NCBI GenBank assembly: GCA_004431415.1
Contig: QPMI01000416.1
Location: 496,001-560,000 of the forward strand
Direction of reading: 5' to 3'
Source: Cyanophora paradoxa CCMP329
Taxonomy: Eukaryota > Plantae > Glaucophyta
Length of the DNA: 64,000 bases
The translations under genes were made by a program, and so were the position numbers. Of this stretch, positions 23,590-35,224 are shown in pieces (the first letter of the stretch is position 1; every line of letters starts with the position of its first letter). Below the pieces are notes generated by a model. The model made no database searches. It was not told where the DNA came from and saw only the letters and a list, made by a program, of their open reading frames with translations.

Positions 23590-23910
23590 GGAAGGGGGTA
23601 CGGCGGGCATTGATGCGCTCGATTGTTGGGGATCCGGAGGGGTTCGGCTTCCACCGCGAGCGGCCCCCGCGCTCCGCGCCCTCCAGCTCCGCCTCTAGAT
23701 CTAGCTCGAATCGAAGGCCTGCGTACTGATGGCTTACTGGGGCGGCACGGGGTACCTGGGGGGTGGGGGAAAGATGGGGTTCGGCTTAAGCTTCCACCGC
23801 GAGCGGCCCCCGCGCTCCGCGCCCTCCAGCTCCGCCTCTAGATCTAGCTCGAATCGAAGGCCTGCGTACTGATGGCTTACTGGGGCGGCACGGGGTACCT
23901 GGGGGGTGGG
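23590..23910 (-). pseudogene. Inverted fragment of one ACAD exon (parent ~50100-50225), itself tandemly duplicated (~140 bp unit)
   Basis: The reverse complement matches gaggcggagctggaggg..gcggagcgcgggg..cgctcgcggtgg..ccccaac.atcgagcgc.tcaa.gcccgccgtaccccct. The core occurs twice (~23640-23780 and ~23785-23910). Confidence 0.75.
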
Positions 23911-24440
23911 GGAAAGATGGGGTGAGGGTACCAGATGGCGCACTGGGGCGGCACCGGGGGGGGATGGAGCGTGGAGGTTTCTATGTGCATGTTCGGTCGT
24001 CGCATCGGAGCTCTTCATGGTCAATAGATCGCGTCTTCGTGATTCGACTTCAAATTCTGTCGTCGTTTGATTTATAGTTTGCTTCTTCGAAACAATAGCG
24101 TAGCAATATCATACAATATTCAATACGATAACTAGTACTGTATGTTTTTAAAAGAGAACTGAACTTCGATCATATGCGTTCGGCCGCGAGCGAGCGCCTC
24201 GAGGGCGCCTCGCGATAATTATAACTGCGATAATTAATATAAGCGCCTCGGGGAGCGAGCGAGCGATAATTATAACTTAACCGCGTATAGCATAGCAATG
24301 GCATACAATATTTAAGATAACTGTATGTTTGTTACTGCATACAATTAACACGATAACTGTATGTTCTTAAGATAACTGGGATCATATGCGTTCGGCCGCG
24401 AGCGCCCTCGCCTCGAGGGCGCCGGCGCCTCGGGATCGGA

Positions 24441-26785
24441 TCAGTCCGGGAAGACTATAGCGCCGCCCTCCACGCGGAGCAGGCCCGAGCGGACAAGGAG
24501 GCACGCGCAGCCCGCGTCCGGACCACAGGGAGGGGGGGGGGGGGGGGGGGGGGGGAGGGGGGCGGGCGTGAGCCCAAGGCCCGGCTGGAGCAGCGGGTCG
24601 AGGGGGGTACGCGGACCTTCGAATTCGAAAGGGGGAGAAGGCGACGTCCACGGCGAAGACCTGGTTGGCCTGGAACAGCGTGACGTAGCAGACCCGCCTG
24701 CCGGGGGGGGGGGGGAGGAGAAGGGGGTACGTCGTCGCCGGGGCCGGGCTCGAGCAGATGCGGGGGGGGGGAGAAAGAAAGAGGGGGGGCACTGGGGCGG
24801 ATCGCAGGCGATGTCCAGGGGTAGAGTCCCGAGGCTGTTTACGTTTATGATCGCGCCCGAGATCTCCACTGCGGGGGTACGGTGATTTATAGAAGCCGCG
24901 CCCTTCAAATTCGGATTCGCTGCTCATATGAGGTCTGAAGGCGCGCACGGGTACGAAGATCGATCTTCCGAACGACGTCCGTCAGGAGCTGCGGGCCGTC
25001 CGACGGTCAGGGGGTACGGGGAAGCTGGGGGAGGGGGGTACGGGCTCACTTCTGTCACGTAGAGGACCTTCGTGAGCCGGTGGTAGTAGGCGCCCCAAGG
25101 GGCGTACATCGTCGCGGCGGTCCCGACCCCTGCACGGATGCCGAGTTCGATTCCGAGCGGGTCCGTTTCTTTGGCGAGAAGCGGGCCGGGCGCACCGGCG
25201 GCGGGGACGGGGTCACGGACAGTGCCGGCGCTGGGAGGCGACCCAACGATCGTGGCCACCTGCGCGGGCTCTCGGATCGAATCCAGAGGGGAGCGAAATC
25301 CCCGGACCGAAAAGAAGCCGTACCCTCCCCGAGGCGACGTCGACGCGCCGGATGGCGCCGTGGGACGTTTCGGTGGTGACGAGTACCCCCGGCTCGACCT
25401 CCACGATCCTCCCGATCTCGTCGAAGGCAGTGTCGGTCCCTGGGCGAGCGTCAGGAAACGGGGCGGGCCGGGATTCGAGCCGGGACGCACCGACGCCGTC
25501 CGCGTACCCCGCGGTGGCCCGCCCGGCTACCAGCGAGGCATCCACCGCTGAGGGGGCGGTGAGAGGAGCGGATCGATTTCGGCGGAGCCGAGGGCTCATG
25601 ATCACGTACCCCCGAGAGTGTGGCTGTAGATGGCGGGCCCGTCCGCGAAGTAGAGACGCAGCCCGTCCAAACTCACGGTCTGCCGGCACGGCGCGCAGGC
25701 GGGCTAAGCGAAGGGTTAAAGAAAGAAACTTTTTGAAAGAAAGATTGGACGCTGGCCGCGGGCGCGGGTCACGGGTCGGCGCCGCACCAGCCCGCGGATG
25801 GCGTTGGGGCGAGTGAGGAGGGTCGTTACGGCGCGGTCCGTTCTCGCCTCCGGGGGCTGCGCGAGCAGAACGCCATGCGGACGCGGCGGACCTGGCCGGT
25901 TGTCTGGCCTGCGCCCGGATCGATATACACGAACAGAGGCCGGTGGAGCAGATCTAGACCGGAGGGCACCGAAGTACATGTAGCGGCACAAAGAATCCAA
26001 GGCGAGTTGCTGGCGGGCGAAGGGTCAGCCAGGGCGAAGGGGGTGGGGGTGGGGTGAGGGGTAGGGGGGTGGGGGCGGGGTGGGGGGGTAGGGGTGGGGT
26101 GTAGTGCGGGGGGGGGGGGGGGGAGGGGGGGGCGAACCGAGCCGCCTGAGCCGCTGGTTAGATATATGGTCGCGTCAGTACCCGTCCCGTCCGCCGCGCC
26201 CCACGTCGTGCCGTCTGTCCTCCCGACGAAGGCCGGCGGGTCGGCTGTGCACGCATCAAATGAAAGTGGCGGAGATGTGGATCAAATTTCGAGCGCCGTC
26301 GCCGAGCCGCGCGCATTTGTGAGGTCAGGTCTCGGCGCATCCTTGGTCATGTTAAGCTGCCTCAGGCCCTCGCCGGCGTTGCCTGTCACCACGTAGAGCT
26401 GACCCGTAGCCTCGCACATCACGGCCCCGCGGAACTGATTGAAGCCGCCGGCGCCGCCGAACTGGAAGCGGTAGCTTCCTGTCTCGACTCGTGACAATGA
26501 GCAGCGGAGGCGCGCGCAGCTGCAGCGGGCGCGGCTGGCAGCGTCGGCGGGCGCACCCTCGGAAGTGAAACCCCCGGCGTTCGTGAATGTTGGCAACTGT
26601 CCTTGCACGGTCGCCAGCTGCAGCTGTAGCATGCTGAAGATGCATGCTGCGAGCACCAGCTGCAACGGGACGCGCGCGACCAACCGCTGTGACGCGCTCC
26701 GTTGCAGCTGGTGCTCGCAGCATGCATCTTCGGCCTCCCTGCGACCGACATCGCCGCATGACGCCACCGCGGAGGCTGCTGTCAT
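24441..26785 (-). CDS. NHL-repeat / beta-propeller-like protein with an N-terminal hydrophobic segment
   Basis: Hydrophobic segment LQLVLAACIFSMLQL. Repeat-like exons: FNQFRGAVMCEATGQLYVVT; FDEIGRIVEVEPGVLVTTETSHGAIRRVDVASGRV.TIVG; AGVGTAATMYAPWGAYYHRLTKVLYVTE; PLDIACDP..RVCYVTLFQANQVFAVD. The 3' end is uncertain. Confidence 0.6.
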
Positions 26786-27129
26786 CCTAGGGCGAGGAAT
26801 CTGCGCCGAGATGCAGCTGAAGTTGAATAGTGGAAAGCTGCGAAGCCCGCATATGCGGATGGGCGCGGCAACCACGCTGCAAATCGCGCTCGCGGTCCCG
26901 CTCGCAGCTGACGGAGCTCGAGCACGATGTACGTCTGTTTTCAGGATGCGCTCGAGCGGCGTCTGACGTGACTGCGGCTGCTGGGTGCTGGGGTTTGCAG
27001 GAAGCGGGTCGGCAGGGCGGGGAGCTCCGGCTCCGAGCGGCGTAAGCGCTCCGGCTTCTAAAGCTACGCGAGCGCGCCGGCTCAAGCTGCAGGCCGCAAC
27101 AGCTGTGATGGCCTGCGAATGAGACTGCG

Positions 27130-30100
27130 ATGCAGAGGAAACTTTCCTCAAGTTTCCTGTGGGATGGGGTATCGAGATCCGGCCTTCCGCACTCGTACCC
27201 TGGCAGCGAGCAAAATCGATCTGCTCGGCGTATGGCGGGCCCCGGCTCTCCGGGATCCGACAGCCGCATCACAACGCGCTTGCGCCACCTCTCGGCGCCC
27301 TCGTCGAGCGCGCAGCAGGACAGCGGCGAGGAAGCCGAGCGAGCCGAGCGCGCAGAGAAGACGCGCGGTGGGCCCGCGGACAGGACAGTTATCATCGCGG
27401 CCGATCCCGCGTTCCATAGCGTGCGCCCTCGCGGAGTTCCGCATTCGTGTGCGTACGCGCCGGTCTGCGGGTCGTGTACCGAACCCTCCACCGCGCAGGG
27501 CAAGGCAGTGATAAGCGTATGGAAGCGAGTAGAGGCTCAGTTCATCGCCGGAGAGATCGCTCTTGCGTTCGGTGGCGTTCTCTGCTTTTCTCTGCCTCGC
27601 GGCGCCGACCCGCCCCGCGCGCGGCGCCGCACCGCGCGCCGGGCGTTCGCGCCCGATCCCGCCGCTATGCCCTCTAGACTGTCATTCCACCCGCAGCCTG
27701 CCGGTGCCCGCCCCGACTGACCGCCGAGCGGGCATGCATGTGCGTTCCGTGTGCGCGCGCAGCGGACGTACAGTCGTCGACGGCGCTGTGGGAGGCGCTG
27801 CCGGACTCCACCATGACGAAGGCGATTGATGCGCTCTTCGAGCTGCTTCGGGAGGGCATCGAGCTGGTCTCCGGCTACGAGGTGAAAGCCGAAGGCGACT
27901 CGATGTTCGCGGTTCGTCTCCGATCCCCGCCCCGCGATCGCGCACGCGCGCGAGGGTACCTCGATCTACGGCGACGCGGCTCGACCGCAGGTGTTCGACA
28001 GCGTCGCGCGGGCCGCGTACTGGTGCCTCTGGACACAGGCCATGCTCCTCGAAGGCACGCCAAGATTTGATCCGATTCAAAATTCAAATTTGATCTGCGG
28101 TTCAACGCTTCGTTCGCGCCCGCCAGCCAGCCGCGGCTGACCCCGCGCGCGCGGCGCAGTGGACTGGCCTCGGGAGATGCTCGCGGAAGTCGCGGCGCGG
28201 GAGGAGCTCGCCAGCGACTCTACTCCGCTCTTCCGCGGTGCGGGGACCGGCACGGCCGTTCCGCCCGCCTGCCCCGACCGCCCGCCTGCCCGCGCGCAGG
28301 CCTGCGCCTCAGAATGGGGGTGCACCGCGGGCGTCCCAACGTCAAGATCGACTCCACCACCGGCCGCATGGGTGCGGGCCTCGTGACTACAAATATTATA
28401 AGCTCAAGGTCCCTAGCTTAAAAGCTCAAGGTCCCTAGCTTAAAAGCTCAAGGTCCCTATCTTATAAGCTCAAGGTCCCTAGCTTATAAAGGCCGGGCCG
28501 GGCCGGGCCTCGTGACTATATATAAGCTTGAGCTCAAGGTCCCTGGCTGCGCCCAGCTCCGGATCCGAGCTGCGCCCTTGCAGATTACTTCGGCCCGGTC
28601 GTCAACAAGGCGGCGCGCGTGGCCGGGTGCGCTCAGATGATCCTCGTCCCACTATTCCGTCGACTATGTATGCTTATCTTAGTAGCCTCTAGTAGCGTCG
28701 CTTAGTATTTTATCCTATCTTAGGCGCTACCCTAGGCCAAGGCGGCGCGCGTGGCCGGGTGCACTCATAGGATCCTCGCGATCGTCCCGCCCCGCCCCGC
28801 CTAGGCTCGCCCTCGGCCTCGGCTTGCGCCGTGCTCCGCCCCTCCTCCTCGTCCTTGTTCACGTACCCCGCAGGGCGGCGGCCGGGGGCCAGATCGTGCT
28901 GAGCCGCAGCACCTTCGACGCGATGGTCGCGGGCGAGTCCGCTGGCGTCGGCTTCAGGTGAGGTGCTATATATAGATACCCTCTAGTTCCGTTCTCTCGC
29001 TCGACTATGTATATATGCTTATCTTCGCCCTGATCATCTCACCTGACTCTGAGCCAGCCTGGGCGAGGACACGATCCCCGGCCTCTCGCTCACGCCCATC
29101 GACCGCCGCACGGACCGCGGGCGCGCAGGCGCCGGCCGCTCCGCGAACTTGTTTTTTCGCCGCAGCGCATGAAACTCGCCGCAGCGGCCTGCCTCTGCTG
29201 GTGGAAGGGGTTGACCGGGGCCTCGCGCGCTCGAGCTCCCGGCGGCGAGCCACGCTGCCCCCCAACTTCGCGTGCGGCCGTACCCGTACCCCCCTTCCAC
29301 CCCCCTTCCACCCCGCCCCGTCCCGCCCAGCGCTATCTTCTTGACGTTGCGCGCGCAGGCCGGGGCGGGGCGGGGGCGGGGCGGGAGTCTTCCGCGCGCC
29401 CGGGGCCGACACCTGGAGTGCACACCCGCAGGTGCCCCCGCCCCCTGCCCCGCCCCCGCCCCCGCCCCCGCCCCTCCCCCTTTCTCCCCGAGTCACAGGC
29501 TCCAAAATGGACGCCATAGTAAATTAAATCTCCCATCCTTAAGAAGCTTAAGCTTATCCCGGACCGAGGCTTAGGAGGTCCCAAAATCAAATCCATGGCT
29601 CGCGTCTCGTTACTAGCGCTTCCAGCGTTCAAGCCGCTGTAGCCCCCTCCAAATTCGAGCAAGCTCGTAACCAGCGTTTCGTTCCGCCTCAGGACGAGCG
29701 CTGGTTATCGCCGCTGCCACCCCCGCCCCCCGCGCCGGGCCCGTCGGGGAAGGGAGTGCCGGGCCCCGCGCGGGGCGCCGGGGCGCGACCTACGCCCCCC
29801 GGGCCCGGGCCCGGGCCGTACCCCTCCCTGGTCGATATGCTCTCCGCCGACGCCGAGGAGGTGAGCATCCATCGGTTTTTTCTTTTTTTTTGGGGGGGGT
29901 ATATGTACGGGAGGGGGCGGAGGGGGAGTGGACGGGAAAGGGGAGGGGGCGGGGGGGTGGGGGGGGGGGGGGAGGCCCCCAGACGGCCGGACGATAATTA
30001 TAATTATAAGCGGCCTCGTTGCAGGGGTACGCGTGCATCTACGGCGCCTGCTCTTTCTATAACTTCACCTACCGCTTACATTTCTAGACTTCTAGTCCCC

Positions 30101-33100
30101 CTTACCGGTTCTAGCTATAGTCCCCCTTAGCCCCCTCAGATCGATATCGGCGTTTGCGTTGCGACGCGACGCGACGCGACGCGTGCTGATCATATGACGC
30201 GGGAGCGTCGGCAGACGTCGGCGGAGGGGGGCGTGGAGGGGACGGCGGACCTGCAGCCCTCGCGATCGGCCTCCGAGTCGTACCCCTTGGGCCACTGGGG
30301 CCGCGATCGCGATCGCGATCGCGATCGCGATCGCGATCGCGATGGGGGCGGGGGCGGCGCGCGCCGCTCCTCGTGGCCCCTCCTCGCCCCCTCGGACCGC
30401 CGCCGGGTAAGCCATCAGAGGCATATATATTACAGAGCAAGAGCATAATATAGAACGCCAGGTCGGCTTATATATCTAGGCCCCGCCCCTTGTAACTAAT
30501 TCTGCCGCTCGAGCTCCTCCCTCTGCTTCCAACTCTCTCTCACGGATGTTGTGCCCCGCCGGGTGCCGGGCCGTGTACAGCACATGGCGCACTAACTGCT
30601 AAGCCGACGCCCTCCTAGCAAATTACACCTACAAACAAACCAGCAAGTCTAACAGAGCTAGAACCATGTAGCTCCGACAAACCAAAGTGCTGCAGCTGAC
30701 GCCCCCTGACAGAACGTGGAGAACGCGGCCGCGGTCACCACGACCTCGACATCGACGAGGGGCAGCGGGGACGCCCGGTGCGCGCGCTCGAGCTCGCTCT
30801 TGGCCCTTCGCTTGGCCTAGTTCCACCTGCGATTACATCTGCTCAACTACAATTACGATAGCTCACGGCTGATAGCTCATGATCATCTGAACTTCAGCCT
30901 TCATCAGGTCGCCCGCGGAAGGGCCGGCGGAGCGGGCGCCAGAGGAAAAAGCACCCACGCCCGCCCCCAGCCAGGTGAGCCTGGCCCGAATCGAATCGAA
31001 TCGAGTGCCTAGAAGCTTAAAATTCCCAAAGAACTCGGAGGAATCTTACATAGCGCCGCATAACTCGCCTGCAATCTAAAAGCTCATAACTCCTCCATAT
31101 ATCTCGGAGGAATCTTAGCGTCTAATAAATCGCCTGCGATCTAGCAACTCATAACTCCTCATACATCTCGGACGAATCTTGGCGTCCAATAACTCGCCTG
31201 CAATTTAACAGCTAATAACTCGTCGTAAATAAGTCGCCCGGCTGCAGCCCCAGGCCGAGACCGAGGCGGGCGGCGGCGACGAAGGTCTAGAATATTCCTA
31301 ATAACTCGGAGGAATCTTATAATGAGCGCCTCATAACTCATAACTCTGGATCCTCATGATCAATATAAATCATGATATCGATCATGTATAACTCGCCCGC
31401 CAGCAGCTCCAGGCTGAGGCCGAGACCGAGGCGGGCGGCGCCGGCGCCGAAGGTCTAGATCTAGAGCAGGAATCCTAGCGCCTAATAACTCGCCTCCGAG
31501 GAATCCTAAAGCTAGCCTCTAATAACTCGCCTGCAATCTGACAACTGATACCTCAGGCCGAGGCCGAGGCGGGCGGCGGCGGCGCCGAGTTCGAATTCGA
31601 AGGTCTAGATCAGATTGCCTTCACGCCGCTCGCCGCCTCGCCGGGCCTGCTGAGCCCCGCCGCCCGCTGGGCCATCGCCTCCCGCCCCGCCTCCCACCCG
31701 GCTTCTCGCCGCGCCTCCCGGCCGCCCACGCCCGCGCCCGCGCCCACGCCCCTGCGGCCGACCGAAGGTGACAGCGTTCTGAGGGGTCGGGCGGGGACCC
31801 CATATAAACATCCTTGTGACGCAGTACGCGGACCGTGGCCTGGCCGCTCCCCGCTGACGACAGCGCCCCCGCCCCCTCGGCCCTCGGCGACGCCCTCCTC
31901 CTCCTCCTCCTCCTCCTCCCGCCCCGCCTCCCACGCGGTCTCGCGCCCGACCTCCCCCGCCCCTACCCCGCGGCCCACCGGCGGAGCGCCGGCGCCTGGC
32001 CGGGGGGCTACCCCCGCCGCCCGCGATCGTGAGGGGCGCCACGAAACTGGTACCCGGGACGGGCGCATCCGCCTCCCCGCGGCCCTGGGCGGGCCGGCGC
32101 CTGCGCCTGCGCCCTCCGCGCCGCCTCCGACGGGCCAGCGGGCGGCCGGGACCCCGGCTCCGCCCGGGGACAGGGATCCGGCCCTCCAGGACGCCCTGGA
32201 GTGGGCGGCCCGCGCCGCCCGCTCCCGTATCGCCCGATGCCTGAGCCGCCCCGAGGCCCACGCCGCGGTGCCCTCTATCATTATTATATATATATTATAA
32301 CCACTATGATAACCTGTTTTTATTCCGCCATCTTTCCATCTCTAGCTTCTTAAAGAGGGTCGCGCCGCCCGCTCCCGTATCGCCCGATGCCTGAGCCGCC
32401 CCGAGGCCCACGCCGCGGTGCCCTCTATCATTACTATTATAACCACTATGATAACCTGTTTTTATTCCGCCATCTTTCCATCTCTAGCTTCTTAAAGAGG
32501 CCTAGGGTCCTTGAGATTCGATTTCCTTCGAGCTCGAGCTCGTCTGACGCGTGCGCGGCCGGCCGCAGGCCGCCGCAGGCCGCCCCTCTAGGGCTCGGTC
32601 GGCGTCGGAGACGGGTACCGGCTCTCCCAGCAACGGTCACAACGGCGGCGGCGGCAACGGCCACGCGCGTCCCCTTTCCCCGCCTTTCTTTCCCCTTGCA
32701 CGTCTCAGCTTGGCCCTTCATCGCAGGCGCCGCGGCCCCGGCCCGCCGAGCTCCAGAAGCACCCCGGGCTCGACTACGGCGAGCTCTACGCTGCTCTGGC
32801 CTGCCTCCAGGACGCGGTGCGCGCGCGCTCGCGTACTCCCCTGCCGTCGCCCCCTCCCCTCCCCCCCCCACCCCCCCCCCCCCCCCCCTCCGAATTTGAC
32901 GTTTCGCTTCGCAGTCGGCGCCGCGGTTCCGGTACACGGAGAGCGAGGGGAACGGGGGCCCGGGGGGTACGCCCGGAGGCGGAGGAGCGGGGAGGGGAAG
33001 CGGGGGCGGGGGGGGCGGGGCGCCGCCCGCGCCTGGCCCCCCGCACTGGACTTCGACTTCGAAGTCGTCGCCTCCCGTACCCTCCCCGACTCCTAGGCCT

Positions 33101-34905
33101 CCGGGCACGGCCCTCTCCGGCCCGGGGCAGCAGCCGCCCCCCGCTGAGGCGGGCGCCGGCGGTCCATCTGCCGCGCGGCGCGCGCGACTCGCGCCGCCGT
33201 CGTCGGTGTCGATCGAGAGCGATGACGGCGCCGGCGGCGGTGCCGGGGAGGAGAGTCGGGCGTCGCCCCCGGCTGCCCCTGGGGCGGCGCTCGAGCTCCC
33301 CACGGCCCACCTTCAGGTGGAGGCGACGAGCTCCCGAGGCTCTCCCGAGGGGACTGCGGGCGCGTCGGCCGCAAATGGGGGCGGCAATGGGCGCGGCCGG
33401 TCCTCCACGAACGGCGGGAACGGCCAAAGCCGCGGGCACGGCCGCTCGGCCCCGCCGCGGCTCTCGCTGCCCGCGGCCCCCGACGCCGACTCCGACGGCC
33501 GCCTGAAAGTCAGCTGCAGCCTCAGCCCGCGCGCGGCGGCGGCCGTCGCGGCCGCCGCGCCGCCCCTATCGCTCCCCGCCGGCGCCCCGCCGCAGCCCGG
33601 CGCCCCGCTGCCCCCGCCCAAGGGCCACGGGGCCCACGACGCGGCGGCCCCGCCCCCCGACCCGCCGGATTTGATCTCCCGGCCCGAAGCCGACGCCTCG
33701 CCCTCCAGCGCCCCTTTTCCAGACGGGAGCGCACCGGGAACAAACACGGCAAACGCGCTGCTGGCGGCGGAAGAGCGCGAGCGCGACGGCTTCCTCCCGC
33801 CCGTGGTGCGCGCGCCCCCTGCCCGATGAAGGCCTTTAGGTCTGGTCTAGTGGGATGGTCGGCATTATTGGCCATAGTTCGTTCGAGTTCCGGGTGCTGG
33901 GTACCAAGGTGTCGAACGACGGCCCGGGTACCGAGTGCTGGGTACCGAGGCCATTACATGCCCTCCCGCAGGTCTTCGAGTTCCGGGTGCTGGGCCGGTT
34001 CCAGTTCAAGGGCATTAAGGTCTCCGAGGAGGTGAGCTCCCTCTAGCCCGAGGGGCCTGGACCTAGATCTAGAGCCGATCCAGGATAGCTATAGCTATAG
34101 AGGCCTATGGCCTGGACCTAGCTAGCTAGATATAGAGCCGATATCGATCCAGGATCGTGTGCTAGAGCTAGCTATAGAGCCGAACTAGCTTGCTATATAT
34201 ATATATATATAGCTAGCTAGCTAGCTATAGAGCTAGCTATAATTAAATATAAAGCCTAGCTATAGACCTAGTGTGCTGGGCCGGTTCCAGTTCAAGGGCA
34301 TCATGGTCCCCGAGGAGGTCAGCTCGCGTAAGATCTGATCTAGAGCCGATCCAGGGTTAGGAGGCCTGAACCTAGCCCTAGAGGCCTGCACCTAGCTAGA
34401 GCCGATGCAGGATCTACATATATAGAAGTGGAGAGGGGCCTAGGACCGGTATCGACGCGAGACCCGCATGCGCAGCTGGTGCAGGTCAGGCCCGCCCGCA
34501 TGATTATAAGCTTTACCCCTCGGGATTTACCCCTCTAATTATTCGATTCAACCTAATAATTAAGAGACCTGGACCTAGATCTAAAGCCGATAGATAGATA
34601 GATAGATTTAGATATATAGTTGCCGACGCGAGACCCGCGCGCAGCTGGTGCAGGTCAACCTGCCGGCCCACGGGGCCCGCCTCTTCCCCAAGTCCGACCT
34701 CCTCATCGCCTCCCCCTCCAGCTCCGCCGCCTCCTCCGGATCCGGGCCCGGCACGGCCGCCGGGGGGGGTACGCCGTCGTCCTCCGGGTCCGGCCCGCGG
34801 CCGCAGCCGGCCTCGGCCGCGGGTGATCGCGAGGACGCGGGGGGTAGAGGGAGCGCCGGCGCCCGCCGGGGGCCCCCCACCCTCCCCATCCTCCGCGAGG
34901 CGTGA
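27130..34905 (+). CDS. Class III adenylyl cyclase with a large low-complexity insertion inside the catalytic domain
   Basis: Spliced motifs: IALAFADVQSSTALWE; GYEVKAEGDSMFAVF; DWP...LFRGLRLRMGVHRG; TTGRMDYFGPVVNKAARV; GGQIVLS (27.5-28.95 kb); then FRVLGRFQFKGIKVSEELVQVNLPAHGARLFP (33972-34700). Both metal-binding Asp residues, the ATP-specifying Lys/Asp and the catalytic Asn/Arg are present. The start codon and middle exons are uncertain. Confidence 0.8.
28400..28550. repeat. Intronic minisatellite, ~22 bp unit aagctcaaggtccctagctt(aa), 4-5 copies
   Basis: Direct repeats are visible in the cyclase intron. Confidence 0.85.
32211..32500. repeat. ~150 bp tandem duplication (exon end plus intron start)
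   Basis: cgcgccgcccgctcccgtatcgcccgatgcctgagcc...ttcttaaagagg occurs at 32211 and 32361. Confidence 0.9.
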
Positions 34906-35224
34906 GATGTGGCCGCCGCCCGAATCGACCGAACCTCTCGCGATCGACCGAATTCGGGATCATCGGCCGCGGATATTCATTCTTAGGCTAGGATCCGGCA
35001 CATTCATTCACGCACACATGTATAAATATTTATATTCGGGATGGCACGGATCCGGCGCCGAGCTTGCAATTTGAGAGGTGCGGCTGCGCATGCCGCTGGC
35101 CGGTCGTGATCTTTCACTAATTCGGGATCATCGATCCAACACGCATCACAAAAATATGTCGGGAAGGCACGGATCCGAATCGACTATAGCTACATTTTAG
35201 GATTGGCGATAGGCTATCTATTCC

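Noticed and set aside
28400-28550. Regular 22-bp repeats as a CRISPR array
   Set aside because: No unique spacers, no cas genes, and an intronic location in a eukaryotic gene.
34350-34540. Isolated telomere-like words (agggttagg, tttacccc)
   Set aside because: Only one or two copies, with no tandem array.
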